DNA of 64,000 nucleotides, from contig NC_042999.1 of NCBI RefSeq assembly GCF_006345805.1, positions 112,282,001 to 112,346,000 of the forward strand, given 5' to 3'. Made by a program: the position numbers and the translations under genes. Shown piece after piece: positions 39,442-51,758 of this stretch. Within the stretch, counting starts at the first letter, position 1. Each line of letters begins with the position of its first letter. Source of the stretch: Octopus sinensis. Taxonomy: Eukaryota. A model generated the notes under the pieces. The model did no database searches, had not been told where the DNA came from, and saw nothing but the letters and a program-made list of their open reading frames with translations.

Positions 39442-39864
39442 TTCAGTAGTTTTATTTTTATAGCATGCTTTCACTTCACTACCGAGCACAGCTCTGTGTG
39501 CCTTGGGTATGTGCTGTGATTTGTTGTGATGCTCTGATGGTTATTGTATGGAAAGTGTTCTGCGTAGGATGTGTGCAGTGCCTAGTAGTGCAATTTTCTG
39601 TATGTTATATGTGCTTGTAAGTCCTGGTGTTTTTGTTATGTATTTGTCTGAATATTTTTTTATCATGCCTAATGCACCTACTATGATAGGAATTGTTTCT
39701 GTTTTCAGATTCCACATTCTAGTTACCTCTATTTCCAGGTCTTTGTATTTTGAGAGTTTCGCCATTTCTTTTAGAGACACGTTATCATCAGCCGGTATTG
39801 ATACATCAATTAGAAAGCATTTTTTTCTTCATGATCTCTGACAACTATATCTGCTCTGTTGGCC

Positions 39865-39866
<2 letters not shown>
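39442..39866 (-). mobile_element. 5'-truncated copy of the R4/Dong lineage-1 3' end
   Basis: Nearly identical to 39921-40335; ORF end intact (AHILRRTLSIQ*); flanked by (TAA)n. Confidence 0.9.
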
Positions 39867-39915
<49 letters not shown>

Positions 39916-39920
39916 CATTA

Positions 39921-42900
39921 TTCAGTAGTTTTATTTTTATAGCGTGCTTTCACTTCACTACCGAGCGCAGCTCTGTGTGCCTTAGGTATGTGTTGTGATG
40001 CTCTGATGGTTATTGTATGGAAAGTGTTCAGATTAGGATGTGTGCAGTGCCTAGTAGTGCAATTTTCTGTATGTCATATGTGTTTGTAAGTCCTGGTGTT
40101 TTTGTTATGTATTTGTCTGAATATTTTTTTTATCATGCCTAATGCACCTACTATGATAGGAATTGTTTCTGTTTTTAGATTCCACATTCTGGTTACCTCT
40201 ATTTCCAGGTCTTTGTATTTTGAAAGTTTCTCCATTTCTTTTAGAGACACGTTGTCATCTGCCGGTATTGATACATCAATTAGAAAGCATTTTTTTTCCT
40301 TCATGATCTCTGACAACTATATCTGGTCTGTTGGCCTTAATTTCTCTATCTGTGTGTATCGGCATATCCCAGAGTATGGTTGCTTTCTTGTTTTCTGTGA
40401 CCTTTTCTGGTGTGTGCCTATACCATCTTTTTTCTGTTGTTATTCCATAATGTTGGCATAGCTTCCAGTGTATGTAGGTTCCAACTCTGTCATGTCTGTG
40501 AATATATTTCTTCTTAGCCAGGACTGGGCAGCCAGAGATAATATGATTTATCGTTTCTTGTCCATCTCCACATATTCTGCAGTTACTTGTTATATTTCTT
40601 TTCATTACATGTTTTTGGCAATTTCTGGTGGGGAGGCTTTGGTCTTGTGCTGCAATTAAAAATCCCTCTGTCTCTGCTTTGAGTCCTGAGCTTCTCAACC
40701 GTTGCTGGGATTTTTCTTTGTCTATTTCTTTTGCATTTAGTTTAGTCCAGTATTTACCATGAAGTGGCTTTTCTTGCCATCGTTTTATCATGGTTTGTTG
40801 CTGTTCTATTTTTAGTTTGGATTTCATTTGTTTTATAGCTTTTGTTGTTTCCTCATCTTCTTCTTCTTCTTCTTCTTAATATTTATTAGGTGGTATGATT
40901 TCTTGTTTGTATTTGTCAGCTTCCTTAAATACTGAGAACAGTTTTTTGTTTTGCTCGTGTTTTGCCACTATTTGTATCAGTTTTCCTTCCTTCTGAAGTA
41001 GATATTTTTGCAGTCCTATGGTGGTTATTTTATAGTAGTTTTCCAGCTGTATAAGGCCTCTACCACCTTCTATACGTTGTATATATAGTCTTTCTATGTC
41101 AGATTTTGGGTGATGCATCCTAGATCCTGTCATTATTTTTCTTGTTTTCCTATCTATTTTGGTCAGTTCATTTAGCGTCCAGTTAAGGATATTGTAGCTG
41201 TAACTTATAACTAGGACAGCTAAAGTGTTAATACCTATTATCTTGTTTTTAGCATTGAGCTCTGTTTTTAGTATTGATCTAACTCGTCTATAATATTCTT
41301 TTTTTATTTTCTCTTTCATTTGTGTGTGTTGTGTCTTATCTAGTTCATGGATTCCTAAGTATTTGTAAGTTTTGGCTTTGGTCTAATTCTTTTATTTCAT
41401 TGGTTTTATCTAATGTGATGTTGCTACTCTTAACTAGTTTTCCTCTTTTCATGGTTACTTTGGCGCATTTTTCTAATTCAAATTTCATATCTATTTCTTT
41501 GGTAAATCCATGAACTGTCTTTAATAGTGTTTCCAGCTGTTTGTCATTTGCAGCATATAGTTTTAGGTCATCCATATATAAAAGGTGGCTGATCGTTTTG
41601 CCATAACATTTATATCCGCATCCAGTTCTATTTAGCATATCAGATAGAGGTCACAGTGCCAAGCAGAAAAGGAGTGGAGAGAGCGTGTCTCCCTGGAATA
41701 TTCCTCTTCTAATGGGGATGGCTCTGGTTTTCGTGAGTCCCTCTTTTGTTTGGAGCTGTAGCACTGTTTGCCATTTATTCATAGAGTGCTCTATGAATTT
41801 TATAATTGTTGGTGCTACTTTGTTAATGGCTAGTGTTTCGAGGATCCATGTGTGGGGGATGCTATCAAACACCTTTTTGTAGTCGATCCAGGCCATACTG
41901 AGGCCTTTCTTCTTTCTGTGGCTGTCTTCAGTTATGGTTTTATTAATCATTAGTTGATCTTTACAGCCATATGAGCCTTTGCGGAATCCTTTCTGCTCTT
42001 CTGGAAACAGGTTGTTTTCGTCCAGGTGCTTGTTCAACCTTTGCGATATCACTGCAGTAAATGCCTTGTACATTGTAGGGAGACAGGTTATTGGTCTGTA
42101 GTTTTCTGGTTTTGCTGTCTCATTTGATTTGGGAATTAAGATGGTTTTCTCCTTCGTGAGCCATTCAGGCATTGTCTCTGGCTCTGCTAGTATGTTGTTA
42201 AAGTTTTCAGCCAGCTTTTTGTGCATTCCTGTTAGATATTTCAACCAGAAGTTGGGGATCTTGTCATGCCCAGGTGCCTTCCAGTTGCTTAGTCTTTGCA
42301 GTGCCTGGCTGACCTCTTCAGTTGTTATGGGGGTCCAAAGTTGCTCAGATGCTGAGTTTGTTGTTTTAATACTCCTTTTTGTTTTTGGTTCGTTCACCGA
42401 CCATACTTCTCTCCAGAATTCTTCCACTTCTTCTGCCGTTGGTGCTGCAGTGATTTCTATTTTATTTTTGCCAAGTTCTTGGTAGAACTTTTTGGGGTTG
42501 GAGTTGAACTTTTTGTTTTGTTCAAAGAAGCGCTGGCGTTTCTCGTACCGGCGGACCCTTTGTACTTTGGCAATGATATTTTGCTTCAGCTTTTCTTTTA
42601 TCTCAGGTAAATCTTTTTCTGTGATGGTATATTTGCGGAGTATTTTTGTTTTCTTTTTGTTGCTCAGTAGCGTTGATTGTCTACTGATTTCATTAAGAAT
42701 CGACAGATCTTTTCTCATTTTTTGCATTTTGTTTTGGATGTTATTTATCCACAGGGTTTGTTTGGGTGGTGGTACTCCTGTTTGGATGGGTTTGAGTGAG
42801 TATCCAGCTTCTTTTGTGGCTGCAGTGGCTGCTGCATATACTAAGTCATTTAGCTCAGTGATATCGCTTTTTGTTTCAGTGGCTATTAGTTCCGTAACGG

Positions 42901-44007
42901 CTAGGTTTATGCTGTTTATAATTGGTGTTGTTGTTTCGTCTATTTTGATTTTTGGGAGGTATGGTCGGTGGTCCATTTTGAGCTCTGTGGTTTTCAGTTC
43001 TTTGATTATTTTACTTTTTATATTATCATAATCATTAGGCTCCCCTTCGTTCTTTCCAGGGTTTAGCTTTGTGTCGCTTTCTTTCTTATTTATATGTTTG
43101 TTTGCCGAGTTTTGGCTTGCTGTTTGTCATGTATTATTATGCATCCTTACGGTCTGGGTTTGTTGTTTTTTGTTTACATCGTGTTTGTTGGGAATGTTAT
43201 GTTTGTCTTTGTGTTTTACTGTTTCAGTGTTTATATTATTGGGCATTGTTGTGTGGCTTCTATCTACATTTTCCTGGTGTATTTTTTCTTTTAGATGTTC
43301 TATTTCTATTTCTGATATTTTTTTTTGCATTGAGAATGTATCTTCATACGTTAGCTAATTTATTAGAATTCATTGCTGTATCCAAGTCTATATTTATGTT
43401 ATTTTCCTTCCATATTTTATATGTATGTGTTTTCATTTTTTGGGTAGAGCACTGCTGTGAAGTATGCGTGTAGGATAGAAATGTACTCCTCACGTGTCCA
43501 TTTATGTCTTTTGGGTTTTATTTGCGGGACATGAGGAACAACATCCGGCCCATTATTTTGACGGTCGTCATTTTCGTAGGGTACCGGTCCGTTCATTTCT
43601 GTTGTCACATTGTTTTGCATGTGTAGTTTTTCGTACATTTTGTGTTGTAAGTTTAATGTACGTACCTCCCGATTGTTATTCTTGGGTTGAATAATATCGG
43701 TGGTATTTAATTTCTTCGTAGTTCCTTTGTACATGGTGTTTGGGGTCGGGGATGATCTGATGTTGATGGATCATAGCGTTCCACGCATGTTTACATGTGT
43801 TGTGTTAGAGGTGGAGATGATATCGAGTCAAAATACATCATTTTGTTTCGAAAATAGTAATAAATTTCAATGAGTATTACTTACTCGGGTACAGTCCAAT
43901 CCTTTGTTAGTAAATCTTTGGCTCCATACGATGTCCTTGTTTTCGATGTTTGTGGATAGATTTCGGAGCTCTGTTTTATCGTTCTTACATCTTAAACGTC
44001 CCCCGGT

Positions 44008-44008
<1 letters not shown>
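39921..44008 (-). mobile_element. Near full-length R4/Dong-clade non-LTR retrotransposon (RT plus CCHC and restriction-like endonuclease), disrupted
   Basis: N-terminal RHKWTREEY; RT motifs WKAPGHDKI, NYRPITCLPTMYK, EEQKGFRKGSYGCKDQL, WIDYKKVFDSIPH, RRGIFQGDTLSPLLF, HLLYMDDLKL; C-terminal CRICG..ETINHIISGC, RHDRV, ILWD...NRPDIV...LIDVSIP. (TAA)n at both ends; about 6 reading-frame breaks. Confidence 0.93.
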
Positions 44009-44045
<37 letters not shown>

Positions 44046-44141
44046 ATTATTATTATCATTATCTTCATTATAACTCATCCTTTGATATTGTCTGCCATGT
44101 CTTGGGCCCTCGTTGCCAATAAAAGAAACCATTATTATTAC

Positions 44142-44172
<31 letters not shown>

Positions 44173-44174
<2 letters not shown>

Positions 44175-44330
44175 AGGTGAGCTGGCAGAATTGGTAGCAT
44201 GCCAGACAAAATGCTTAGTAGTATGTCATCCATTTTTATGTTCTGAGTTGAAATTCTAAGATTAACTTTATTTTTGATCCTTTTGGAGTTGATAAAATAA
44301 GTACCTGTCAAGCGCAGAGGTCGATGTAAA
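44173..44330 (+). mobile_element. SINE family B, partial
   Basis: AAGGTGAGCTGGCAGAA...TTCTGAGTTGAAATT...GATAAAATAAGTACC. Confidence 0.7.
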
Positions 44331-44528
44331 ATACCTCTAAGCATTTTGTCAAGCAGTCTTACTTTTCCAAGGCTTTAGTAATAACCAACACTATTATGAC
44401 CTTCTTAATTACTCTGTTCAAGCACATGAGGATTTCATACTTCAAGTTGGCATAAGACTCGAGTGTTTCCTTTTCTTTTCTTTTTATTCTGATGACAAAT
44501 GGGCATGACACATCAATTACAATACATA

Positions 44529-45783
44529 TCAGGTTCTCCCATAAGTTCTGTCCGATTTAACCTTTTTTTAAATTGAATGAAATTTAATAGTATTTTAAAA
44601 TGTCTAATGGAATTAAAAGTTAATTTAATGCATTAAATATTATTTTACAGAATAATAGAATTAAAATTTCTTTGATTAAAACCCATTCTAACATGGAAGT
44701 ATCCAAAGAGAATTTAAGGCACATAATGCTTTATGAATACAAAAAAAGGAAACTCTGCAGCCAAAGTGACTTGAAACATACATTCAGTTTATGGGAAAGA
44801 ATACTTGAATGAAAGAACTTGCAGAAGATGGCTTGGGAAATTCAAAAGTGGAGATTTCAGCCTTGAAGATGAAGATCGAACAGGACGTCCAGTTGAGTTT
44901 GAGGATAAGCTCCTTGAGGCATTACTTGAAGAACATCCTGCATTGCCAGTTGAAGAATTGGCAATAAAGCTTAGTTCAAACCATACAACTGTTCATCGTC
45001 ATCTTCAACAACTTGGAAAGGTTCCTAAACTTGGAAAATGGGTGCTTTATGAATTGTCCGAAAGCAACTGCTAATCCTAAGTTGACATCTGCTCTTTTCT
45101 CCATTCTCACGAACTCATTTCACCCTTTTTGGATAGACTTGTGACTGGTGAAGAAAAAAAATGAATCTTCTATCAAAATGTTAAACGGCGTAAACAGTGG
45201 CTTGGTAAAAGGGAAAAAGCTCAACCACAACCAAGTAGGGAACTTCATGGAAAAAAGGTTCTTCTCTCTATCTGGTGGGATTGCAAAGGAGTAATTCACT
45301 TTGAATTGTTACCACCTAATGCAACAATCAATGCTCAAGTCTACAATCAGCAATTAGAGTGTTTGAACTAAGCTTTGAACTAAAAAAAACCTGCTTTAGT
45401 GAATCAAAAAGAAGTGATGTTTCATCAGGACAATGCGTGACCCCACACTGCAAAGATCACATTACAGAAGATCGAAGAGCTTGATTGGGAAAAAAATTCC
45501 TCATCCACCTTATTCTCCCGACCTTGCTTCTTCAGATTACCATTTGTTTCATAGTTTACAGAATCATTTGGGGGACATAACTTTTGCAAGCCAGGAGGTA
45601 AAAACTGACATTTCAGAGTTCTTCACTTTGAAACCAAAAGAGTTTTATATTGATGGGATTAAAAAGCTTGTAAATAGATGGAAGGAAGTCAGATAATCAG
45701 AGAAAGTACATTGATAATTAAATTTCAATTAAATATAACATTTGATCACTTGTTTTCTTTATTCAAAATTCAGACAGAATTTA
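44529..45783 (+). mobile_element. Defective DD34D mariner, right TIR incomplete
   Basis: TA then TCAGGTTCTCCCATAAGTTCTGTCCGATTT on the left; partial inverted match AAATTCAGACAGAATTTA at 45766-45783. Confidence 0.85.
44693..45721 (+). pseudogene. Mariner transposase pseudogene
   Basis: MEVSKENLRHIMLYEYKKG, RRWLGKFKSGDFSLEDEDRTGRP, KLGKWV, VTGEEK (first catalytic D appears as E), FHQDNA*PH, HPPYSPDLASSDYHLF, KKLVNRWK. Many stops and frameshifts. Confidence 0.9.
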
Positions 45784-45789
45784 CTTGTT

Positions 45790-46070
45790 ATAATATTGAG
45801 TCCATTCATCCTAATCTTCTTTTGGCTCATGTAAATTAGTCCCACAACAATCTCACTTCATCATTTTTGAGGGCTTCCATTTCTATCACCATGAAATGCT
45901 TATCACTTTCTTCTGTGTCTGAAAGCCAAATTTCAGACAAAATTTTCATAAATATTATTATAGTAAATTTGACAGCTATTTCTAACAGATCAATTGCCTG
46001 CACGTGGGCTCCATAGTTCACTTATAAATGGTACCAGCAATATTTTTCAGGCAATTCAATCTAGTATACC
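45790..46070 (-). mobile_element. Possible highly decayed R4/Dong fragment
   Basis: Minus ORF ends EALKNDEVRLLWD, resembling EKVTENKKATILWD of the 40-kb element; weak. Confidence 0.3.
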
Positions 46071-47861
46071 CACTTCTGTTACTAATTTTGTTTTGTGTTT
46101 GATGAAAAGTTATCAACATTTCAAAAGAAAATGTACCCAATGGAATTTGTAAAAATATTCTGAGATATTTCAGTCAAATTGAAATGAAAAAATATAAAAT
46201 AAACAATTGAACAAAGAATCATTTTATTCTGAAAACAACTGAAAGGAATAGAGAACCTATGAATATTATTTATCATATATTATGAATTCTTTATAGGAAT
46301 GTATTTGTTGAATAAGAAAAAGATAAATAATATAAAAAATTTAGAACTGTAAAATTATTTCAGTAAATATCATACACGGAAGAATACACAGCTGAAGACA
46401 GGATATACATTCTCAGTTGTATGTAACCATCATATTTTCTATAAAATAGAACAAACATTGTTACCACACTCAGGTGACTATGTAGTTTTGGACACTTGGG
46501 ATAACTAGATCTATCTGAGCATACAACCACAATGATCCCATCTAGAAGTCATGAGTTCTGAATTGCAAATGACTAGTCCAAAGTTGAGGGGTCTCGTGAA
46601 TGCAGTAAACAGCATATCTTATGTTGCTGGTACTGTAAAATACCTTGGTTGCCTATTTGTGGAACAACCTCAATGAAGGTAAACCCATTTAGGAGTCATA
46701 GGTTCTTCTGAATTGAAAATAACCAGTATGAAAATGTGGAGCTCATGAATCCAGTAAACACTGAATCGTATCTTGTGCAGATGTACTGTAAAATACTCTG
46801 ACTTCATATAAGTAGAACAACCACATCATCAAGTTCATTATCACTAAAAATTTCTTGACTGCTTCTTGCAGAGTTCACTGCATTGAAAACACTCAGAACA
46901 GGCTTCCAATTTAGCAATAACACAATCTTTTGATGCATTGATACTAGTGCACTTTTTTCTTCATAGTGACTGTCATGGTGTGCAATCGAAAGAAGTGTTT
47001 CAGCTTAGGCTAGCCACTAAGTAGGGCAAGGAACCCAACCCTGTATTTAATACCAATAGTGGTTGCTTTACCAGCTGAGCATATAATCTTTTATTTTCTC
47101 TTCCTGAAAACACAATATTTTAAGAGTTCATTAGTGGTCTCTTAAAATCCATCTACTTTTATGATAATCACATCAATACTTCATGAATTATGCTTTCTGC
47201 CCCTCTCACTTCCAGCAAACAAAATGAACAAGATGATCAATAAATCCACTGGACAATTTTTCCTTCCCTATACATTCTTTGTGAACTTCTTTCCAAACTG
47301 GACATTCACCTCTTACTAATATGCAGACCACATTCCTTCCCTCTTTGTGGCAAAACCTCTCAGCCTTTAATTACAGCTTATCTCTGTTTGCCATATTTAA
47401 TTCTATACTGCCTTCTTCATTCTCAAAGTTGGTTTTTGCACATTTATAGATCCATCTCCCCACCTCTCATCTATTTCACCTATATATCAACCGCAAAGAC
47501 CTGCAGTAACTCTGGCTCAAAGTCTCCTTTCTTCAACCTTTTAAATTTATCTGTTCACGGAACTTTGACCAATTGTTAAAGATTGCTTATATTTATTTCA
47601 CATCATTTTCATGTCATTGTCCATGGTAACCTCAAATATCACAAGTCTGCTCACATCCATTACACAACCAAAGCTCAGAACAGAAAGAGCTGGAACTGTT
47701 ACCACAAAGGATTTACATTTGTTCAACGCTATAACAATTCTGCCGTCCAACTGGTTTACCAAATTTAGAAATCAGCATTATTAATTTATCTTCCTATCAA
47801 TTTTCTTGCATTTGTTATCAGTTTCTCTCTTCATCCTCACTCTGTCTCTCTATCTCTATTT

Positions 47862-47906
<45 letters not shown>

Positions 47907-48056
47907 GCTGATGTCAAACCTTTCTTGATATTTAAAACTATTCTTCAAATATTTAAATTTATCAACATATTCATTTAATCAAATGCTAGCAACAGCCACT
48001 TCCAACTTATATAAGTATAGATTAAAATCAAAAATGAATAACAATATTAACAGATG

Positions 48057-48232
48057 CTAAGGCAGTGAACTGGCAGAATCGTTAGCACACCAGACAAAAT
48101 GCTTAGCAACATTTCATCCATCTTTATATTCTGAGTTCAAATTCTGCCGAGGTCATTTGTGCTTTTCATTTAATCGACTTAGCCCCTCTCCCAAACCTGC
48201 TAACCTTGTGTCAACATTTTAAGCCTAATATT
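48057..48232 (+). mobile_element. SINE family B with internal deletion
   Basis: AAGGCAGTGAACTGGCAGAATCGTTAGCACACCAGAC...GAGTTCAAATTCTGCCGAGGTC...AAACCTGCTAACCTTGTGTC. Confidence 0.75.
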
Positions 48233-48365
48233 AAAGGATACTGATATATATATATATTCTATACATCGGACTATTTTTGATTTGACACTCCAGAAATGAT
48301 ATTTTTCAAAAGTTTCTACACTGACGTAGTTTTTCAAGCTATTTGCATAAATCATGATAATTTGA

Positions 48366-48732
48366 TCAAGGAAGACATGGGACGAGGTGGTGAAGCATGA
48401 TCTTTGGATGTTGGATCTCACAGAAGCGATGACAAATGACTGAGACCTTTGGTGGTTTACTGTGCTTGAGAAGACTCATCAAACGAAGTGAAATTGTAGT
48501 CGTGAACAATACTGGCGACACATAAATGGCACCTGTGATGGTAATATGTAAAAGGCAGCCATGACAGTGACACATAAAAGGCACGCACTACGCTCTTGCA
48601 TTTCTTTGCATTAGGAAGAGCATCCAGCTGTAGAAACCAAGCCAAAATCAGTCTGGAGCCTGGTACAGCTTTCCAGCTCACAAATCCCAGTCAAACTGTC
48701 TAACAACCGATGCCAGTATGGAAAATAGATGC
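48366..48732 (+). mobile_element. RTE LINE 3' end (ORF terminus plus UTR)
   Basis: RKTWDEVVKHDLWMLDLTEAMTND*DLWWFTVLEKTHQTK* matches 24110-24232. Confidence 0.8.
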
Positions 48733-48734
48733 TG

Positions 48735-48897
48735 AAAGAAGAAGAAGAAGAAGAGAAGAAGAGAAGAAGAAGAAGAAGAAGAAGAAGAAGAAGAAGAAGA
48801 AGAAGAAGAAGAAGAAGAAGAAGAAGGTGGTGGTGGTGGTGGTGGTGATGTAGGTGGTGACGACAGCGACGACGACGACGATGATGATGATGATGAA
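48735..48897. repeat. Compound (GAA)n(GGT)n(GAC)n(GAT)n microsatellite
   Basis: Direct inspection. Confidence 0.95.
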
Positions 48898-49960
48898 TAA
48901 ATAATACTGTAGTTATTAGCATGAAAATTAGCAAAAACTACTGAATGGAAAATTTTATAAAAAGATAGAGATCAGACCTGTCAAACTGGAAATGTCCAAA
49001 ATTTGTTTCAACTATTCTGTCTTATGTAGCATATCTACCTAATCACACCTGCCATGCTTTCTAGTGTATTTCGATCTATGCTAAAAAAAGGAGAAACTTT
49101 TAGCCTCTAATTCACCCCTCCACTATTTCTTGAAAGAAAAGCACACAATAAGTGGCCGCCACCCATCTCTAGCTGACTGTCTCACTTTGGACCATAGCCA
49201 AGTCTGCGAGAAAGAGAGAAAAAAGAAAACATTATATTTATCCACTCCAGAAGGATGAAAGACAAAGTTTACCTTGGCAAGATTTGAACTCAAAATACAA
49301 ACTGCCAGAATTTTTACTCCAAATCAGTTTGTGCAATGCTTTAACAGTTCTGCCAAATGATTGCATTGTACACTAAACATATATACATACATCCCTACTG
49401 ATATACAAACAAATACATACATATATATATACATATATGTATATATGTGTGTGTGTGTGTGTATAAATATGTATGTATATGTTATAATAAATTATCTATG
49501 TGTGGGTGTATATATATATATGTGTATATATATGTATGTGTATGTGTGCACTATATATATATATACATACACACACACACACATAAGTACATACATATGA
49601 ACATACGTACATACATAAATTACATGTGACAAATTAAACAGCTTTCTTTATCTATGAACAAAGAATATATTATTAATAAAAAAAGGGGGAAAGGATCATA
49701 AAATTATCCAGTCCCATTGTAGAAATAAAATAATGAGGATGAATCTTTGCCTGTGATTATAAGAAGTTGAAATGATTCACACCATGAATGTTTATTGCCA
49801 AAATAAATCTTATACTCTTCCTCCTGCCTTGCTCTCCCTGCCCTCCTTCTTCCCAGCTTTCTTGATACTTTCATGTCCAATTTTCCTCTGGCTCTAAATT
49901 ATTTACCAAAACCATTTATTTCATTTATGCTTTTAAACTATATATATGTATGTGTGTATG

Positions 49961-49994
<34 letters not shown>

Positions 49995-50145
49995 TGTATG
50001 TATGTATGTATGTATGCATGTATGTGTGTATGTATACGTGTATGTATGCATGTATGTATGTACATATGTATGTATGTATATACATATGCACACATACATA
50101 TTTATATATATATATGCCTATATATATATATAGTCACACATACAT

Positions 50146-50177
<32 letters not shown>

Positions 50178-50252
50178 TATATATATTATGTGTGTATATA
50201 TATATATATATATTTATATTGGATATATATATATACACACACATAATATATT

Positions 50253-50284
<32 letters not shown>

Positions 50285-50679
50285 ATATTATATATATATA
50301 TATACATATATATACATAATATATACATTGTGTGTGTGCGTGTGTGTGTGTGTGTGTATGCCAAAATATTCAATTAATGGACAAATAAATTTTAAATATT
50401 GTGATATGAAAGAAATTCAATTCAAACAAATGATTATATGAATTATTTGGATATTTTCTGTAGAATTATACCATAAATATCAGGGAAAAATTCTTTTCAC
50501 ACATTAGTAAATTTGCTATTACAATCTCGTAAATGACTAATGACAAAAACAGTGTATTTCTCTTTTGGTTGAAGATAATCTCTCTCATCAAAATACCTCT
50601 ATAGTTCGTTGTCATCATACAATCTAACAGAAAGTTTCCCATTTATAGCGAGGATCTCTATTTTAATTTCCTGTATTAT

Positions 50680-50713
<34 letters not shown>

Positions 50714-50789
50714 TTGTGTGTGTGTGTATGTGTGCATGAGCATATATATATATGTATATATATATATTATGTGTGTATGTATATATATA

Positions 50790-51240
50790 TGTACTTCCCT
50801 ATCCTTCCCACCCCTTCCCTATCTTTCCCACCCCTTCCCCCACTCTACCTCTCACCCTCCCCTACACACCTCTCCCCCACATACCTCAACCATATCCCAT
50901 GCCCCTCCCCCACATACCTCACCTCTAACCCCACCCTCTACCTACCCACAACCCCAACTCTACCCCAACCCCCAGCCGAACACACACACCACCTGTGCTT
51001 TCCCCACCCTCGCCTCCCCACCTCCCCCACAACATCACACCACACTACACTACACCATACAACATTACACATCACATCACAACACACCACCCACAGCACA
51101 CCGCCTACACACCCATCCCCACATCTCCACACCCACACTACACTACACCATACACATTACACATCACATCACAACACACCACCCACACACCCATCCCCAC
51201 ATCTCCACACCCACACATACACACACACGTCCAGACCACC
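50790..51240. repeat. C/A-rich low-complexity tract (CCCA/CACAC units), strongly strand-skewed
   Basis: Almost no G on the plus strand; internal repeat of ACACACCCATCCCCACATCTCCACACCCACA. Confidence 0.85.
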
Positions 51241-51558
51241 AGCCCTCTTTCACACGCACCTTTGTGTTGGGGGCACCTTCGTTTTGGAAGTCACTTGACC
51301 CTGTTATCTCCCCTACTGTCCTCTCGCGTCTGACACTGTCCGAAGTCAGGACGCCATGATAGATCGTTAGCTCCTACACGCATTTTTTTCTCTCCTTGTT
51401 TCTCTCCTTGTTTTTTTCTGTGCATCTTTCTGTCGAAGAGCGTAGGCTCGAAACGTAACAGACTTTTTCTATTTCTATTCCTGAGCGCTATACTAATACA
51501 TTTGTTTGTTTGTACTCCACCTGCCTTCGTCTTTTGTTTATTTTCGTAAACCTTCCAG

Positions 51559-51560
<2 letters not shown>
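51240..51560 (+). mobile_element. Penelope-like terminal repeat with a hammerhead-like motif at 51425-51462
   Basis: TCTTT-CTGTCGA-A-GAGC(GTAG)GCTC-GAAA-C-GTA-ACAGA; core has A6U. PLE assignment inferred. Confidence 0.55.
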
Positions 51561-51591
<31 letters not shown>

Positions 51592-51679
51592 TATATATAT
51601 ATGCACACACGCACACATATATACACACACATATACATGTACTTATCATACATATATATGTGTGTGTATATATGTGTGC

Positions 51680-51751
<72 letters not shown>

Positions 51752-51758
<7 letters not shown>

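Noticed and set aside
43735-44008. HDV-like ribozyme expected in the 5' UTR of an R4-clade element
   Set aside because: I could not build a nested double pseudoknot by eye; needs a descriptor search.
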